A stretch of DNA of 46,909 bases from a virus. Its lineage: Duplodnaviria > Caudoviricetes. Numbering within the stretch: position 1 is the stretch's first letter; each line of letters opens with the position of its first letter. Positions 1 to 8,900 of this stretch are shown here, in pieces. Below the pieces are notes generated by a model. The model searched no databases. It had not been told where the DNA came from and saw nothing but the letters and a program-made list of their open reading frames with translations. Position numbers and translations under genes: made by a program. The DNA is taken from positions 1 through 46,909 of IMG/VR virus record IMGVR_UViG_3300043220_000102. The stretch is one strand, 5' to 3'.

Positions 1-127
1 CCCCACTCGTGGCCGCACCGCTCCTCAGCTTGAAGTTGGTGCCATCTGAGTGGATGACGGCGAGTGCATCGTTGGCGGTGACGATGGAGCCGCCGCCCTC
101 AACAAAGCCGAAGCCTGACGCCGTTTC
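1..127. repeat. 127-bp exact terminal direct repeat (copy 1); circular-assembly overlap
   Basis: 1-127 is identical to 46783-46909, and an ORF reads in frame across the join. Confidence 0.95.
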
Positions 128-538
128 GGTGCCGGTCGCATCTAGGAAGGCTGCGAAGAGCTCAAGGTTCAGCGATGTCGGGAAGAAGCCGAGAATCTGC
201 GCTGCCTGCAAGCCGTGGGCATAGCTGCCGAAGATGGTTGGCGAGGTCAGAAGGTCAGAAGCCGCGTCGAAGTGGAAGGATGAGGGGTCTTGATCTGTGG
301 AATCAAGGAAGCTCCCATCCGAGCCCACGTCCTCAACGATGCTTGTGGCCGTCCAGCCGTGAGCCGGCAGCGGGTCTTCGCCCTGGGCGATAGCCTCACT
401 GTGCTTCCCTGGCCCGCAGGCTATCCAGAAATCCGTGCCCACTTCGTCCGCCCAATTGCGTGCATCGACATGCTTCCGCAGGTTGTGGCTTACCTGGACG
501 ATCCCGTGGCCCCTTGGTGTGACCAACTCCACTACCAT
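1..538 (-). CDS. 5' part of a junction-spanning 249-aa virion protein, possibly ConA/LamG-like beta-sandwich
   Basis: ATG at 538 behind AGGAGAGG; MVVELVTPRGHGIVQVSHNLRKH...; continues through the junction to a stop at 46571; DTDWHHWKIKITSSGVQWFVDG motif. Missing from the ORF track. Confidence 0.8.
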   Translation of the reverse strand, partial: MVVELVTPRGHGIVQVSHNLRKHVDARNWADEVGTDFWIACGPGKHSEAIAQGEDPLPAHGWTATSIVEDVGSDGSFLDSTDQDPSSFHFDAASDLLTSPTIFGSYAHGLQAAQILGFFPTSLNLELFAAFLDATGTETASGFGFVEGGGSIVTANDALAVIHSDGTNFKLRSGAATSG

Positions 539-553
539 CGTCCCTCTCCTTTG

Positions 554-1267
554 CTATTTGTGCGCGCCCAGCTTGTGACCTCGTACCTGGTTGACAGAGC
601 CCGTGTACTCGCACTGATCGCAGGTGGCCAATTCGCCGGCGCCGTTCGCGCCCTGGTTGCTGCGCGCCAGCTCAAGGATGGCCTCGTTCTGGCTCATCGT
701 CGCCTCGAACTGCCGGTCCTGGCGCTCGATCGTGGCCTTCTCCTTCGCGTCTGCGAGGTGCTTCTCCCAAATCTGGTAGGACTTGACGTGCTTGCCCCCC
801 GTCTCGTGGGCATACTTGGCGTAGGCGTTCGCCAGTTGGCCCGCAGGGCAGAAGGCGAGACTCCGTAAGGCCGGCAGCCCCTTGCGTTCCTCGGAGTCCT
901 TGTGCAGAAAACACTTCTCCTCGCCCTTCCTGTAAGTGGGGGCCTTCTTGATGTTGGACACGAACATGGGTCTTCCATCTGGGAGCCTGCGCTGAAACAA
1001 TATGCGCGCCCGCTTCTTCGTGACGATAATCGGCTCGCCGTCCAACGTGGCGTAGAGGATGGCCATCGGCCTTCGGGGAGACGTGTCCTGGAACAGAATC
1101 TCGGACTCGTCTCGCTCGATGCCCTCGATGTCGTGAAGAAGATCCCGGCGATCCTCCTCGCGCTCGGCCGTGCGCGTCATCTCGCTTTGGGCATCTTCCG
1201 CGGTGACGGTATCGCCGGTCCGCTCCCTGGCCATGTCGGTCTGCGTGGGGACACTACCTACGCCCAT
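554..1267 (-). CDS. Hypothetical protein with C-terminal C2H2-type zinc finger
   Basis: Start chosen at 1267 (AAGGAG RBS, overlapping upstream stop); ends CDQCEYTGSVNQVRGHKLGAHK. Confidence 0.7.
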   Translation of the reverse strand: MGVGSVPTQTDMARERTGDTVTAEDAQSEMTRTAEREEDRRDLLHDIEGIERDESEILFQDTSPRRPMAILYATLDGEPIIVTKKRARILFQRRLPDGRPMFVSNIKKAPTYRKGEEKCFLHKDSEERKGLPALRSLAFCPAGQLANAYAKYAHETGGKHVKSYQIWEKHLADAKEKATIERQDRQFEATMSQNEAILELARSNQGANGAGELATCDQCEYTGSVNQVRGHKLGAHK

Positions 1268-1736
1268 TCTTCCGCTCCTTTGCTCTGTCCCGCAGGGTTC
1301 GTACTGCGGTTTGCTCGGGCCAACCGCCCCGCTCAATCCTGTGGTGCGGGCCTACGACGGTGCGGTTACTCTTTGCCAGATGGCGTAGTTCCACCTGGTC
1401 GATCGCATCCTGTACGAGAGTGGAGTCCGCCATCATCTCTCGGCGCCGGTCCATGTACTTCGTCTCCTGGCGGTTCTTGTCGGCGTGGGCCTGCAGCTCC
1501 GCGACGGTGTTCTCGCCGAAGCTGGGCATCAGGAGCGGCATCACCCTCTCTTGGTAGTCCTCCACTGGCCCGATGTCCAGCATGTACTTCGCGATCGCAT
1601 CGTCCCGAATGACGAAGACCCGCTGCACCCAGCGCATCCGCATACCGGGCCCCTCAGGATAGGGCATCGACAGCGGGCCTTCGGCTAGGCCGTGGCACGG
1701 CTCATCGGGGTGGATGTGCTCGGTTATGATGTGCAT
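1254..1736 (-). CDS. Hypothetical protein, 160 aa
   Basis: MHIITEHIHPDEP...; coupled to neighbouring ORFs in the late operon. Confidence 0.7.
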   Translation of the reverse strand: MHIITEHIHPDEPCHGLAEGPLSMPYPEGPGMRMRWVQRVFVIRDDAIAKYMLDIGPVEDYQERVMPLLMPSFGENTVAELQAHADKNRQETKYMDRRREMMADSTLVQDAIDQVELRHLAKSNRTVVGPHHRIERGGWPEQTAVRTLRDRAKERKNGRR

Positions 1737-1840
1737 TGGTGGCGAGCTACGTCCTTTGCGGCTGGGCCCTTTTCGAGAGTATAGACCAATTCGCCGCACT
1801 TGGGACAGGTGACCCAGGTGTACCGCGTGACCTTCGGCAT
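1724..1840 (-). CDS. 38-aa Zn-ribbon-like microprotein
   Basis: MPKVTRYTWVTCPKCGE...HQC; TGATG overlap with upstream ORF. Confidence 0.55.
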   Translation of the reverse strand: MPKVTRYTWVTCPKCGELVYTLEKGPAAKDVARHQCTS

Positions 1841-1998
1841 CAGAACCCCACCGTGAACCAGTGTCGGTTGTAGCCATCTTCCCGCTTGAGCAGGCAGATG
1901 TCTGCGGCCCAGCGACGGAACTGCACTTGGCCGAAGCCAAAGTACAGGCCGCAAGTGCCCGTGAGGTGATCTCGGTAGAAGCCGAACCCGTAGCCCAT
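1840..1998 (-). CDS. 52-aa aromatic/Gly-rich microprotein
   Basis: MGYGFGFYRDHLTGTCGLYFGFG...; TAGATG and TGATG coupling on the two sides. Confidence 0.5.
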   Translation of the reverse strand: MGYGFGFYRDHLTGTCGLYFGFGQVQFRRWAADICLLKREDGYNRHWFTVGF

Positions 1999-2079
1999 CT
2001 AGCGCTTCTTGGGGGCCTTCAGCGCCTTGGCGATGGCCTCTGGCGTGCAGCAGCTCTCGCAGGGTTTCGGACAGGGCAT
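1999..2079 (-). CDS. 26-aa Cys/Lys-rich microprotein
   Basis: MPCPKPCESCCTPEAIAKALKAPKKR behind GGAGG; fills the gap between neighbours. Confidence 0.5.
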   Translation of the reverse strand: MPCPKPCESCCTPEAIAKALKAPKKR

Positions 2080-2080
2080 G

Positions 2081-2335
2081 TCATTCCTCCACTTCAAGCT
2101 CGGTGATGAGCCCGTTCTCGATCTTGATCTTCTTGAGCCTTCCCTCGTATTCACCGGTGAGGCCGGCCACGGACACTCCCCCTACCTTGAGGGAGTCGAA
2201 CCCGTCCTGCTCCATGTCCCACTGCCCGGTGGCAGCGTTGTAGCGGCGCCACTGGCCGGTGCTTGGCTGATACCAGCGAGTTCCTGGACCAACCCCAGTA
2301 GGCGCGGACTCAGCGGTGAACGTTGGGTTAGCCAT
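2081..2335 (-). CDS. 84-aa putative virion protein
   Basis: MANPTFTAESAPTG...KIKIENGLITELEVEE; TAATG overlap with upstream gene. Confidence 0.65.
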   Translation of the reverse strand: MANPTFTAESAPTGVGPGTRWYQPSTGQWRRYNAATGQWDMEQDGFDSLKVGGVSVAGLTGEYEGRLKKIKIENGLITELEVEE

Positions 2336-3153
2336 TACGGGGCCAACTGAAGCATGTAGAGCTGGTCCCCTCCCCCAGCGGAGGTCTTGGGCAAGAGATA
2401 GCCCGCCCTCTGGTAGCCACCAGCGACAGCGGCCTCGGCCTCGATGTGGCCGTACAGCGAACCGTTGCCACCGAAGTAAACCTCGCGGTCGAACGAGGTC
2501 ACGCCCGGCACCGTGCTGATGACTCTGCCGTAGCACGGTCCCCAGGTCTGGCCCCAGTAGTAGCTCCCCGAAGCTATTACGGCGTTGGGCACGCAGACGA
2601 CGCTCGCAAACTCGGTCGAGATCTGGCGCGTGTCGTAGTAGATGCTCGGGTAGCCCGTAACCCAGGTGGTGTCGGCGACGATGGCTGCTTCCAGCCCGCC
2701 GTCCAGATAGAGCAGGATGTCGGTCCCGTCCGAAGCCTCGTTACCCAGGATGCGCCTCACCTGAAGGCGGTTGGTAAAGATGGCCACCCATCCACCCTTG
2801 AATTGGTCTGCGATACCAGTCGTGTTGACGACCTGGATTTCGGTTGCGCCGATGGCAGCAGACTGGTTAGGCGCTTCGTTGGTGAGGCTCCAAGCATCGT
2901 TGTTGGATGCGCCATCCCACCGCTGTAGGGAACCGCCAGCCCTAGAGTAGCGATACACTCTCTCGTCCACGGACAGCCTTGTGCCCAGGTCGTAGAGCTG
3001 CGCGGTACTGTCGTCGTAAACCTGCGGCGAAGGCCCAGAAATCTTGTCGTAGGTCGGGGTGCCTCTACCCGGAGAAGCATCGGACACTACGATGTCGAGC
3101 GTGTTTCTCGCAGCATCTCGTTTCCACCCTCGGCGAGTTGGGGACTCTGGCAT
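2335..3153 (-). CDS. Putative capsid decoration/cement protein
   Basis: 272 aa downstream of the capsid gene; QLYDLGTRLSVDERVYRYSRAG and YYWGQTWGP motifs resemble decoration proteins. Confidence 0.55.
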   Translation of the reverse strand: MPESPTRRGWKRDAARNTLDIVVSDASPGRGTPTYDKISGPSPQVYDDSTAQLYDLGTRLSVDERVYRYSRAGGSLQRWDGASNNDAWSLTNEAPNQSAAIGATEIQVVNTTGIADQFKGGWVAIFTNRLQVRRILGNEASDGTDILLYLDGGLEAAIVADTTWVTGYPSIYYDTRQISTEFASVVCVPNAVIASGSYYWGQTWGPCYGRVISTVPGVTSFDREVYFGGNGSLYGHIEAEAAVAGGYQRAGYLLPKTSAGGGDQLYMLQLAP

Positions 3154-3199
3154 TATTCGATCCTTTCTAGGAGCGGCTCAGGGCCGCACCTGATCCTAG

Positions 3200-3224
3200 A
3201 GGGGGTGTTTCACGGCACACCCCC
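3200..3224 (-). terminator. GC-rich hairpin, possible terminator or mRNA stabiliser
   Basis: GGGGGTGT-N8-ACACCCCC just after the stop at 3239; no U-tract. Confidence 0.4.
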
Positions 3225-3238
3225 AGAAGCCGACTAGG

Positions 3239-4024
3239 CTAGTACCTCCAATCGCGCCCGGCGTCGCCCGCGAAGTAGTCCACTTTGAGGACTCGGGCGT
3301 TGGCCGTGCGGTTCTCGATGCCGAGGCAGGCGTGGAACACGTCCGTGTTGGTCAGCAGAGTCCCGGCGGCAAACCGCTTGACCAACGTGAGGATCGGCCT
3401 CGTGATACTGGTCTGCGTCTTTCCCGAATGGCCCAGCCAGCACTCGCCGGAGCCATCCTCGTTCAGGATGACCTCAGCCTCGAACCAGCGGTCCGCGGTG
3501 ACCGTGGCATTCGCCCTGATGCCGTTGCTGGAATCCGAGATGGCGGCGCTCCCGTCGCCCATGACGGCGCGGAAGTCGTCCGTGTCGCCGTCCACGTCGT
3601 AGTTGAACCCGATCATGCCGCCAGGGTTGTACGTCATGGTGACAGTAGCAAACTCTGCGGGCATGACAGGCGTGCCAATGTCCAGCGTCTCGGCAAGCCC
3701 GAAGAAGATCGCGCAGTCCACGTCGCTGTACTTGAACCGCGCCCTGACGACAATCTTGCCGTCGCGCGGGCTGAAGACGCCAGACACCAAGAACGCGTTG
3801 TCGTCGTTCGCTGTGTCCGTGGTGAGGGAAATGATGCCCCCCGTCTCACTAATCCTCGAGGCGTAGGAGCCTTCGTTGACGGCAATGAGACCGACGCCGC
3901 CTTCCAGGTTCTCGCCGCCGGCAGCGATCACACCGGAGTCGCCAGGCCCGTGGCCATTGTAGATGCCGGTGAAGTCCGAGCCGAACGGGATCTTCCCACT
4001 ACCGATTACAATTCCTTCTGGCAT
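3239..4024 (-). CDS. Virion-associated beta-sandwich protein, 261 aa
   Basis: Directly after the capsid gene; strong RBS; beta-rich sequence. Confidence 0.6.
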   Translation of the reverse strand: MPEGIVIGSGKIPFGSDFTGIYNGHGPGDSGVIAAGGENLEGGVGLIAVNEGSYASRISETGGIISLTTDTANDDNAFLVSGVFSPRDGKIVVRARFKYSDVDCAIFFGLAETLDIGTPVMPAEFATVTMTYNPGGMIGFNYDVDGDTDDFRAVMGDGSAAISDSSNGIRANATVTADRWFEAEVILNEDGSGECWLGHSGKTQTSITRPILTLVKRFAAGTLLTNTDVFHACLGIENRTANARVLKVDYFAGDAGRDWRY

Positions 4025-4082
4025 GTGGTTCTCCTTCTCCTAGCTGTGCTAGGTGCGTAACACGGGGCTACGCTCTATCTGG

Positions 4083-4967
4083 CTATGAAGACGGCTGCGT
4101 GGCGTCGGAGAGGTGGCGCTGCGCCCACACCTGCGTCCCCGCAGAGGTGCGCTCAATGTAGCCGTACTCGTCCGTGAAGATGATCACGTCCGCGCCCCCA
4201 CCGAAGTACGGGTCGCGATCCGTCTCCGGCTTCCGCATCATCCCCATGACGGCAACGACGCCCTCTAGCGCGTGGGTCGCGCCGTTGGCGTCAGGCGTGG
4301 CGTCGATGGTGATGTTGCCAGCCTTGAAGACGTTGGAGCCCGACACCGTGCCCCTGAAGCCCCGGCGGAAGACTTCCTCCGTGAGACCGTTGGTAACGAT
4401 GTAGGTGCCGACGCCGGCGACCAGCTCGGCCTGGATGTCGAAGATCTGGAAGCCGTGCAGAATCGTCGAGATGGTGCCAACGGAAGGCTCCGTCACGTTG
4501 CTCTCGATGTTCGCTACGGCCGCCGAGATGTGGCCGAACGAGATCGGGTTGCCGGTCCCGGGCGATGTCGTGGTGGCGAAGCCCGAGAACAGCGAGAGGT
4601 AGTCCTCGTCCTTCTTCCGTTCCATCGCGTTCTGCGCGAGACCGCCCATCTTGGCCTTGACCACCGACTCGATCTTGCGGAAAGTCCGGTCGGTGATCTT
4701 GACGAGGATCTGGGTCATGTCGGGTTCGAGCTCGAGCAACTGGCCGGAGAGTTGCTGGTAGTTCTCGTTGCGCGTCGTCTCGGTGATGTCCGACGCCTGA
4801 AGCTGGTTCAGTGAGAACTCCCGCCACTCTAGGCCGGTGCCCGGCTTCTGCTTGATCACGTCAGTGGTGCGCTGCCAGACGCCCGTATCCTCGCGGATGA
4901 TTCGGGCCTGTGCGACCATCTCGGGGAGAGCACCACGTAGTGATCCGGTGGTTGTTTCTCCTGGCAT
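4083..4967 (-). CDS. Major capsid protein
   Basis: 294 aa after a scaffold-like gene; N-terminal TTTGSL, long helix AKMGGLAQNAMERKKDEDYLSLF and C-terminal FTDEYGYIE fit an HK97-fold layout. Confidence 0.8.
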   Translation of the reverse strand: MPGETTTGSLRGALPEMVAQARIIREDTGVWQRTTDVIKQKPGTGLEWREFSLNQLQASDITETTRNENYQQLSGQLLELEPDMTQILVKITDRTFRKIESVVKAKMGGLAQNAMERKKDEDYLSLFSGFATTTSPGTGNPISFGHISAAVANIESNVTEPSVGTISTILHGFQIFDIQAELVAGVGTYIVTNGLTEEVFRRGFRGTVSGSNVFKAGNITIDATPDANGATHALEGVVAVMGMMRKPETDRDPYFGGGADVIIFTDEYGYIERTSAGTQVWAQRHLSDATQPSS

Positions 4968-4976
4968 GTTTTACTC

Positions 4977-5858
4977 CTAGGCTCTAGCCTTTCGGCGAGC
5001 CGTAATCTCGCGGATTGTGTCGATATGGGTCTCCGGGTTCATCAGGATTTCGTCTTCTTCCGCCACGGTCTTGCCCAGCCCCCCGCCGCCTCCCGGCGGG
5101 TTCGCCGGCGCGGGCTGCCCGTTGCGCTTGGCCTCACGCGCCTCTGATTCGAGGCGGGTGATCTGCGCGTCCTTTTCCTTGAGCTGGTCTTGGAGCGGTT
5201 TCTTCGCCGAATCCGCAATGGCCTCCACCATGTCGGTGAAGATTGCGGAGTCCGTGTCGCCGCGCTGCAGGCGTTCCAGCCGCGGGCGGAAGTCGCTGGC
5301 GAGGGTGTCCGACTTCATGGCATCGCCCAGCTCTTTCACGAGCCCGGCGGCGCCGCTCCAAACACCTTCGGTGCGGTGCATCCCGCCGAGGGCGGCAAAT
5401 GCCTCCCTGTTGTCGTCGAGCAAGTCCTGAAGACGAGCCGGATCAACGACCAGGTTGCCCTCGGGGTCCTTGGCGCGGGCGAGGCGGTTCCACTGTGAGG
5501 TGAATTGCTCCACCTTCTCATTGATGCCCCGCACGGCGTCCAACTGGCGATCGATGTGCGGCTGCATCCGCCGATGCGTCTCGGACGCGCCTTCCTTCTT
5601 CGCGGTCTCGCGGGCGGCATTGAGGCGCTCCTCGTGGAGCGGCTTCACGCCCTCGTGGTCGAGGAGTTGGGATGCATCCGAAACCGTAGCCCAGGCTGGG
5701 GGTTCCGGCTTCTCAGCGCCGGGCTCGCCGCCTTCGACTGGCGCGGGCTCACCACCAGGCTCGCCCTGGGCCTGTAGGGGCGCAGGGTCTAGCGTAGGGG
5801 CAGGGTCCGGGCTGTCGGTGGGGGTTTGGCCGGGGCTTAGTTCGTTCGGGTCACCCAT
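4977..5858 (-). CDS. Capsid scaffolding protein
   Basis: Acidic Pro-rich N-terminus, coiled coil and basic C-terminal helix; immediately upstream of the capsid gene. Confidence 0.7.
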   Translation of the reverse strand: MGDPNELSPGQTPTDSPDPAPTLDPAPLQAQGEPGGEPAPVEGGEPGAEKPEPPAWATVSDASQLLDHEGVKPLHEERLNAARETAKKEGASETHRRMQPHIDRQLDAVRGINEKVEQFTSQWNRLARAKDPEGNLVVDPARLQDLLDDNREAFAALGGMHRTEGVWSGAAGLVKELGDAMKSDTLASDFRPRLERLQRGDTDSAIFTDMVEAIADSAKKPLQDQLKEKDAQITRLESEAREAKRNGQPAPANPPGGGGGLGKTVAEEDEILMNPETHIDTIREITARRKARA

Positions 5859-5967
5859 GTTAGAACACGCTCCTTTGGGCGGCCCCGGAGCGTGTTGACG
5901 GCTGCCTTATCGGGATGTCGTCTCCGTCTAGGGCGAGCTTCACGCCCCGGGGCAACCGTCGCCCCCA
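5859..5967 (-). promoter_or_regulatory. Structured 5' leader with RBS-sequestering hairpin
   Basis: Perfect 10-bp inverted repeat 5864-5873/5887-5896 covers GGAG of the RBS; further hairpins upstream. Confidence 0.6.
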
Positions 5968-5996
5968 ATCCTAGAGGAGAAAGGCTTGCGTGTCAA
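5968..5996 (-). promoter_or_regulatory. Sigma70-type promoter for the scaffold/capsid operon
   Basis: TTGACA (5991-5996), 17-nt spacer, TAGGAT (5968-5973). Confidence 0.7.
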
Positions 5997-8900
5997 GAGC
6001 GGCGCAGAAGTTCGTCCGTAACGCGCCTGGTGAAGAGCTGGGGGTAGAACAGCCGCAACTCCGCTTCGTGTTCGGCAAGGAAGTCCACATAGGCGGGATT
6101 GTAGTTGCGCGCACGGTGCCGCTCGCTAGTAAGGGCCAGGGTCCAGTTGATCAGCCGTTCGTCGTAACCCAACCGCTGCCCCTCAGTCTCGATAAACGAC
6201 CGCACCGGCGCCAACTCGCGCCCGCTACGGCCGGGATCGTTCCAGGCTTCCTCACGTGCCCGCGTGACAGCGGCACGGAGGCGCTTCACCAACTGGTAGT
6301 CTTCGCGGCTCAGGCCCTCGAACTCGCCAACGTCTTCGAGTTCGTTCCGCAGCTCGCGCGCAGCGTTGTATCGGGCCTCGACATCCTGCAACTCGGGCGG
6401 CAGGCGAAGCTGTGCCTCGTAGGCGTCACGCCACTCTTGCGGCATCTGCGCCAGCTTCTCGTCTCGGGCATTCTCGAAGGCCACCCAGTCCGTTGTGAAG
6501 GTGCCCTCCTCGGGATCGCCATCGAGGAAGGCGTCTGGCGTGATCTCGTAGAACTCGGCCAGTATCTGGCCTTCGGGCGTTGTGGGATCCGTGAAGTCCC
6601 GGCCGAAGTGCAACAGCTCCGCGGCCCCGGCTGCGAACGTCTTCCAGTCGGAGAACTTCTCGCCGAAGCGCTGGCCTGCGTCTGCGTTCCCGGCGCGGAC
6701 ACCGTCCGCAAACTGAGTGAGCGAATCACGGGCGGCCTGCTGCACGACCTCCTCTCGAGCCTCGGCCGCAACCGCGCCCTCAGAGCCAACCGCAACGCCC
6801 TGGTTCCGCATCTCCTCTAGGATCGATGCCAGCTCCGGCATTTGTCGGGCGCGCACGAAGTCCGTTTCGCGGTTGAAGGACTGGCCTGTCAGCTCCTCAA
6901 AGCGCCGCCCCAGGAGCTCGAAGAGGGGTTCGGCGCTCACGTTGAACCCACCGACTTGCGTGCCGGCGCCGGCTACGCCAATCCGTCCGCGCTCGGTGCC
7001 CGTTAGGCCGGAAATGGAGATCGGGGAAACCTGTTGCAGGACAAACTGTAGGGCATCCAGCGGCCCCTTGACGACTTCGCCGAACGGAGGCGCTTCGCCC
7101 CGCGCAATAGAGGCCAGGTCGATCGCAAGCCTTGGCAGTTGTCCGAGGCGCGTTTGCGTGGCGAACCCCGGATCGAGCGCCCAGCGAAACGGCGTGTCGG
7201 CCTGTCCCAAGAGATCGAGGTAGAGGGTTCGGCCCATCGGCCCCTTCCACGGAAGCTCGGGTCGCAGGAAGCCGGTATTGAAGTCCACAAAGGGAATGTC
7301 CCCCGTCAATATGTTGGAGGGCTTCAGCCCGTCTCTCTCTCGCTGAAAGGGCGTCAACTGCTCAAGGCTCAGTGGCTTGCCGGTGAATGCCAAGCTCATC
7401 ATCTCGGCGACGGCGACAGTCGTCGCCATCATGCCCGCAAAGCCCGCCGGCGCTTGAACCGGAAGCCGGAACCAACCCTCCAACTCGCCAGTGGCGAAGA
7501 AGGGGAACTTCATCGCGTCCCGGACGGTGGCCGACTTCCAGACGCTCTGCCACGCGGGGATGCTTGAGAAGAAGACGTTGGTTTCCTCAACTGCGAGCCG
7601 AGCGGCTTCCTCCAAGGGCAGGCCCTTCCGAAGGTTCTTCTGAAGGTTCACAAGAGCGGCCTGCTCCAACATCTCCGTGTGGAATCTCCCGTACCATTTC
7701 GTCGTCAGGGTTTCCAACACCTGCCGCACACCGGGAATAGGCGCCAGTTCCCCTGCGACATCCCGCAGTGCAGTCTCGGAAAACGATGGGTCTACGCCGG
7801 CCGCGAGCCCGTGATCGTAGAGAGCCTTCAGCTCCGGGTTCTTGAGCGCGGCCTTGTTCAGCGCGTCGTCGACGCCTGGCGAGAGCCCCCTAGCTATGGC
7901 ACGCGGCCACGCGGCGCCGGCCTTGAGCGCTTGGGCTGGGCGGCCACGGGCGAGCTCGCTAACGCCCAGGCCCGCCCCCCTCCACATGAAGTCGAGCTGC
8001 TGGAACAAGCCGCCGAAGACCTTCAGGCCGAAGGCCGTCGTCCTGGCCTGCTTCGCCAGCTTCAGCACGCCGTGCTTGTCGAAGGCGGACTTCCCGAACA
8101 TCTGCTCCATCGTCTGCGCGAACTTCGGCTCCATGACCCAGTGCTGCAAGGTCTGGCGGAGCTTGAAGGGCGCGAAGTCGGGCCTGACCCAACCGGCGGG
8201 AGCTTGGCTCGTAGGCAGGATGTGGCCGGAGGCCTTCCCGGCACGGATCGCTTCGAGGCTGGCGATGTAGTTGTCCGCGGCGGCTTCATGCCGCGTAACG
8301 AAGTCCACGGGGTCCCAACTCACCAAGTCGAGATCAGGACGGTCATTCAGGATTTCGCCGAGAGTCCCCGTCAGCTTGCGAGGTCGCTTGAAGCCGGGTT
8401 TGGTGACGAAGCCCGTCGCGCTGCCCAGGCGCGCAGCGCCCGGCTTGATGGGCTTGAAGAGGTGGGGGAAGTAGTCCTCCAACGCGATATTGGCGAAGTC
8501 CGGGTCGGCGTCGACGAGGCGCTGAGTGGTGCGGTCGATCCTATCGTACAGCGACTGGACGAAGGGCCGTTGGCGCTCGGGGAAGTTGTTGATGGGGGCG
8601 CGTTGCTCGCTCATCACGCGCTCCATTATCCCAACCACCTCGTCGGCCTGCGTCTCCCCCCGCGCCGCGATCTTGAAACCGCCCCGCTCGGCATCGCGGT
8701 ACACCTGCCGTGACCAGACCAGCCTCTCCTTGGCGGAAAGTTGCCGGGCCCCGAAGAACCTCCGCCACACGTCGCGGCCGGCACGGCTGCCGCTTTGCGG
8801 GATCGCCTCTGCCAGGAGATCGGCACCAGCGGCGCGGCGGGAGGCGACCTCGGCTGCGGTGAGCGGTGAGCCGCCGGCCACCTGGGGAACCGGCTCGCCC

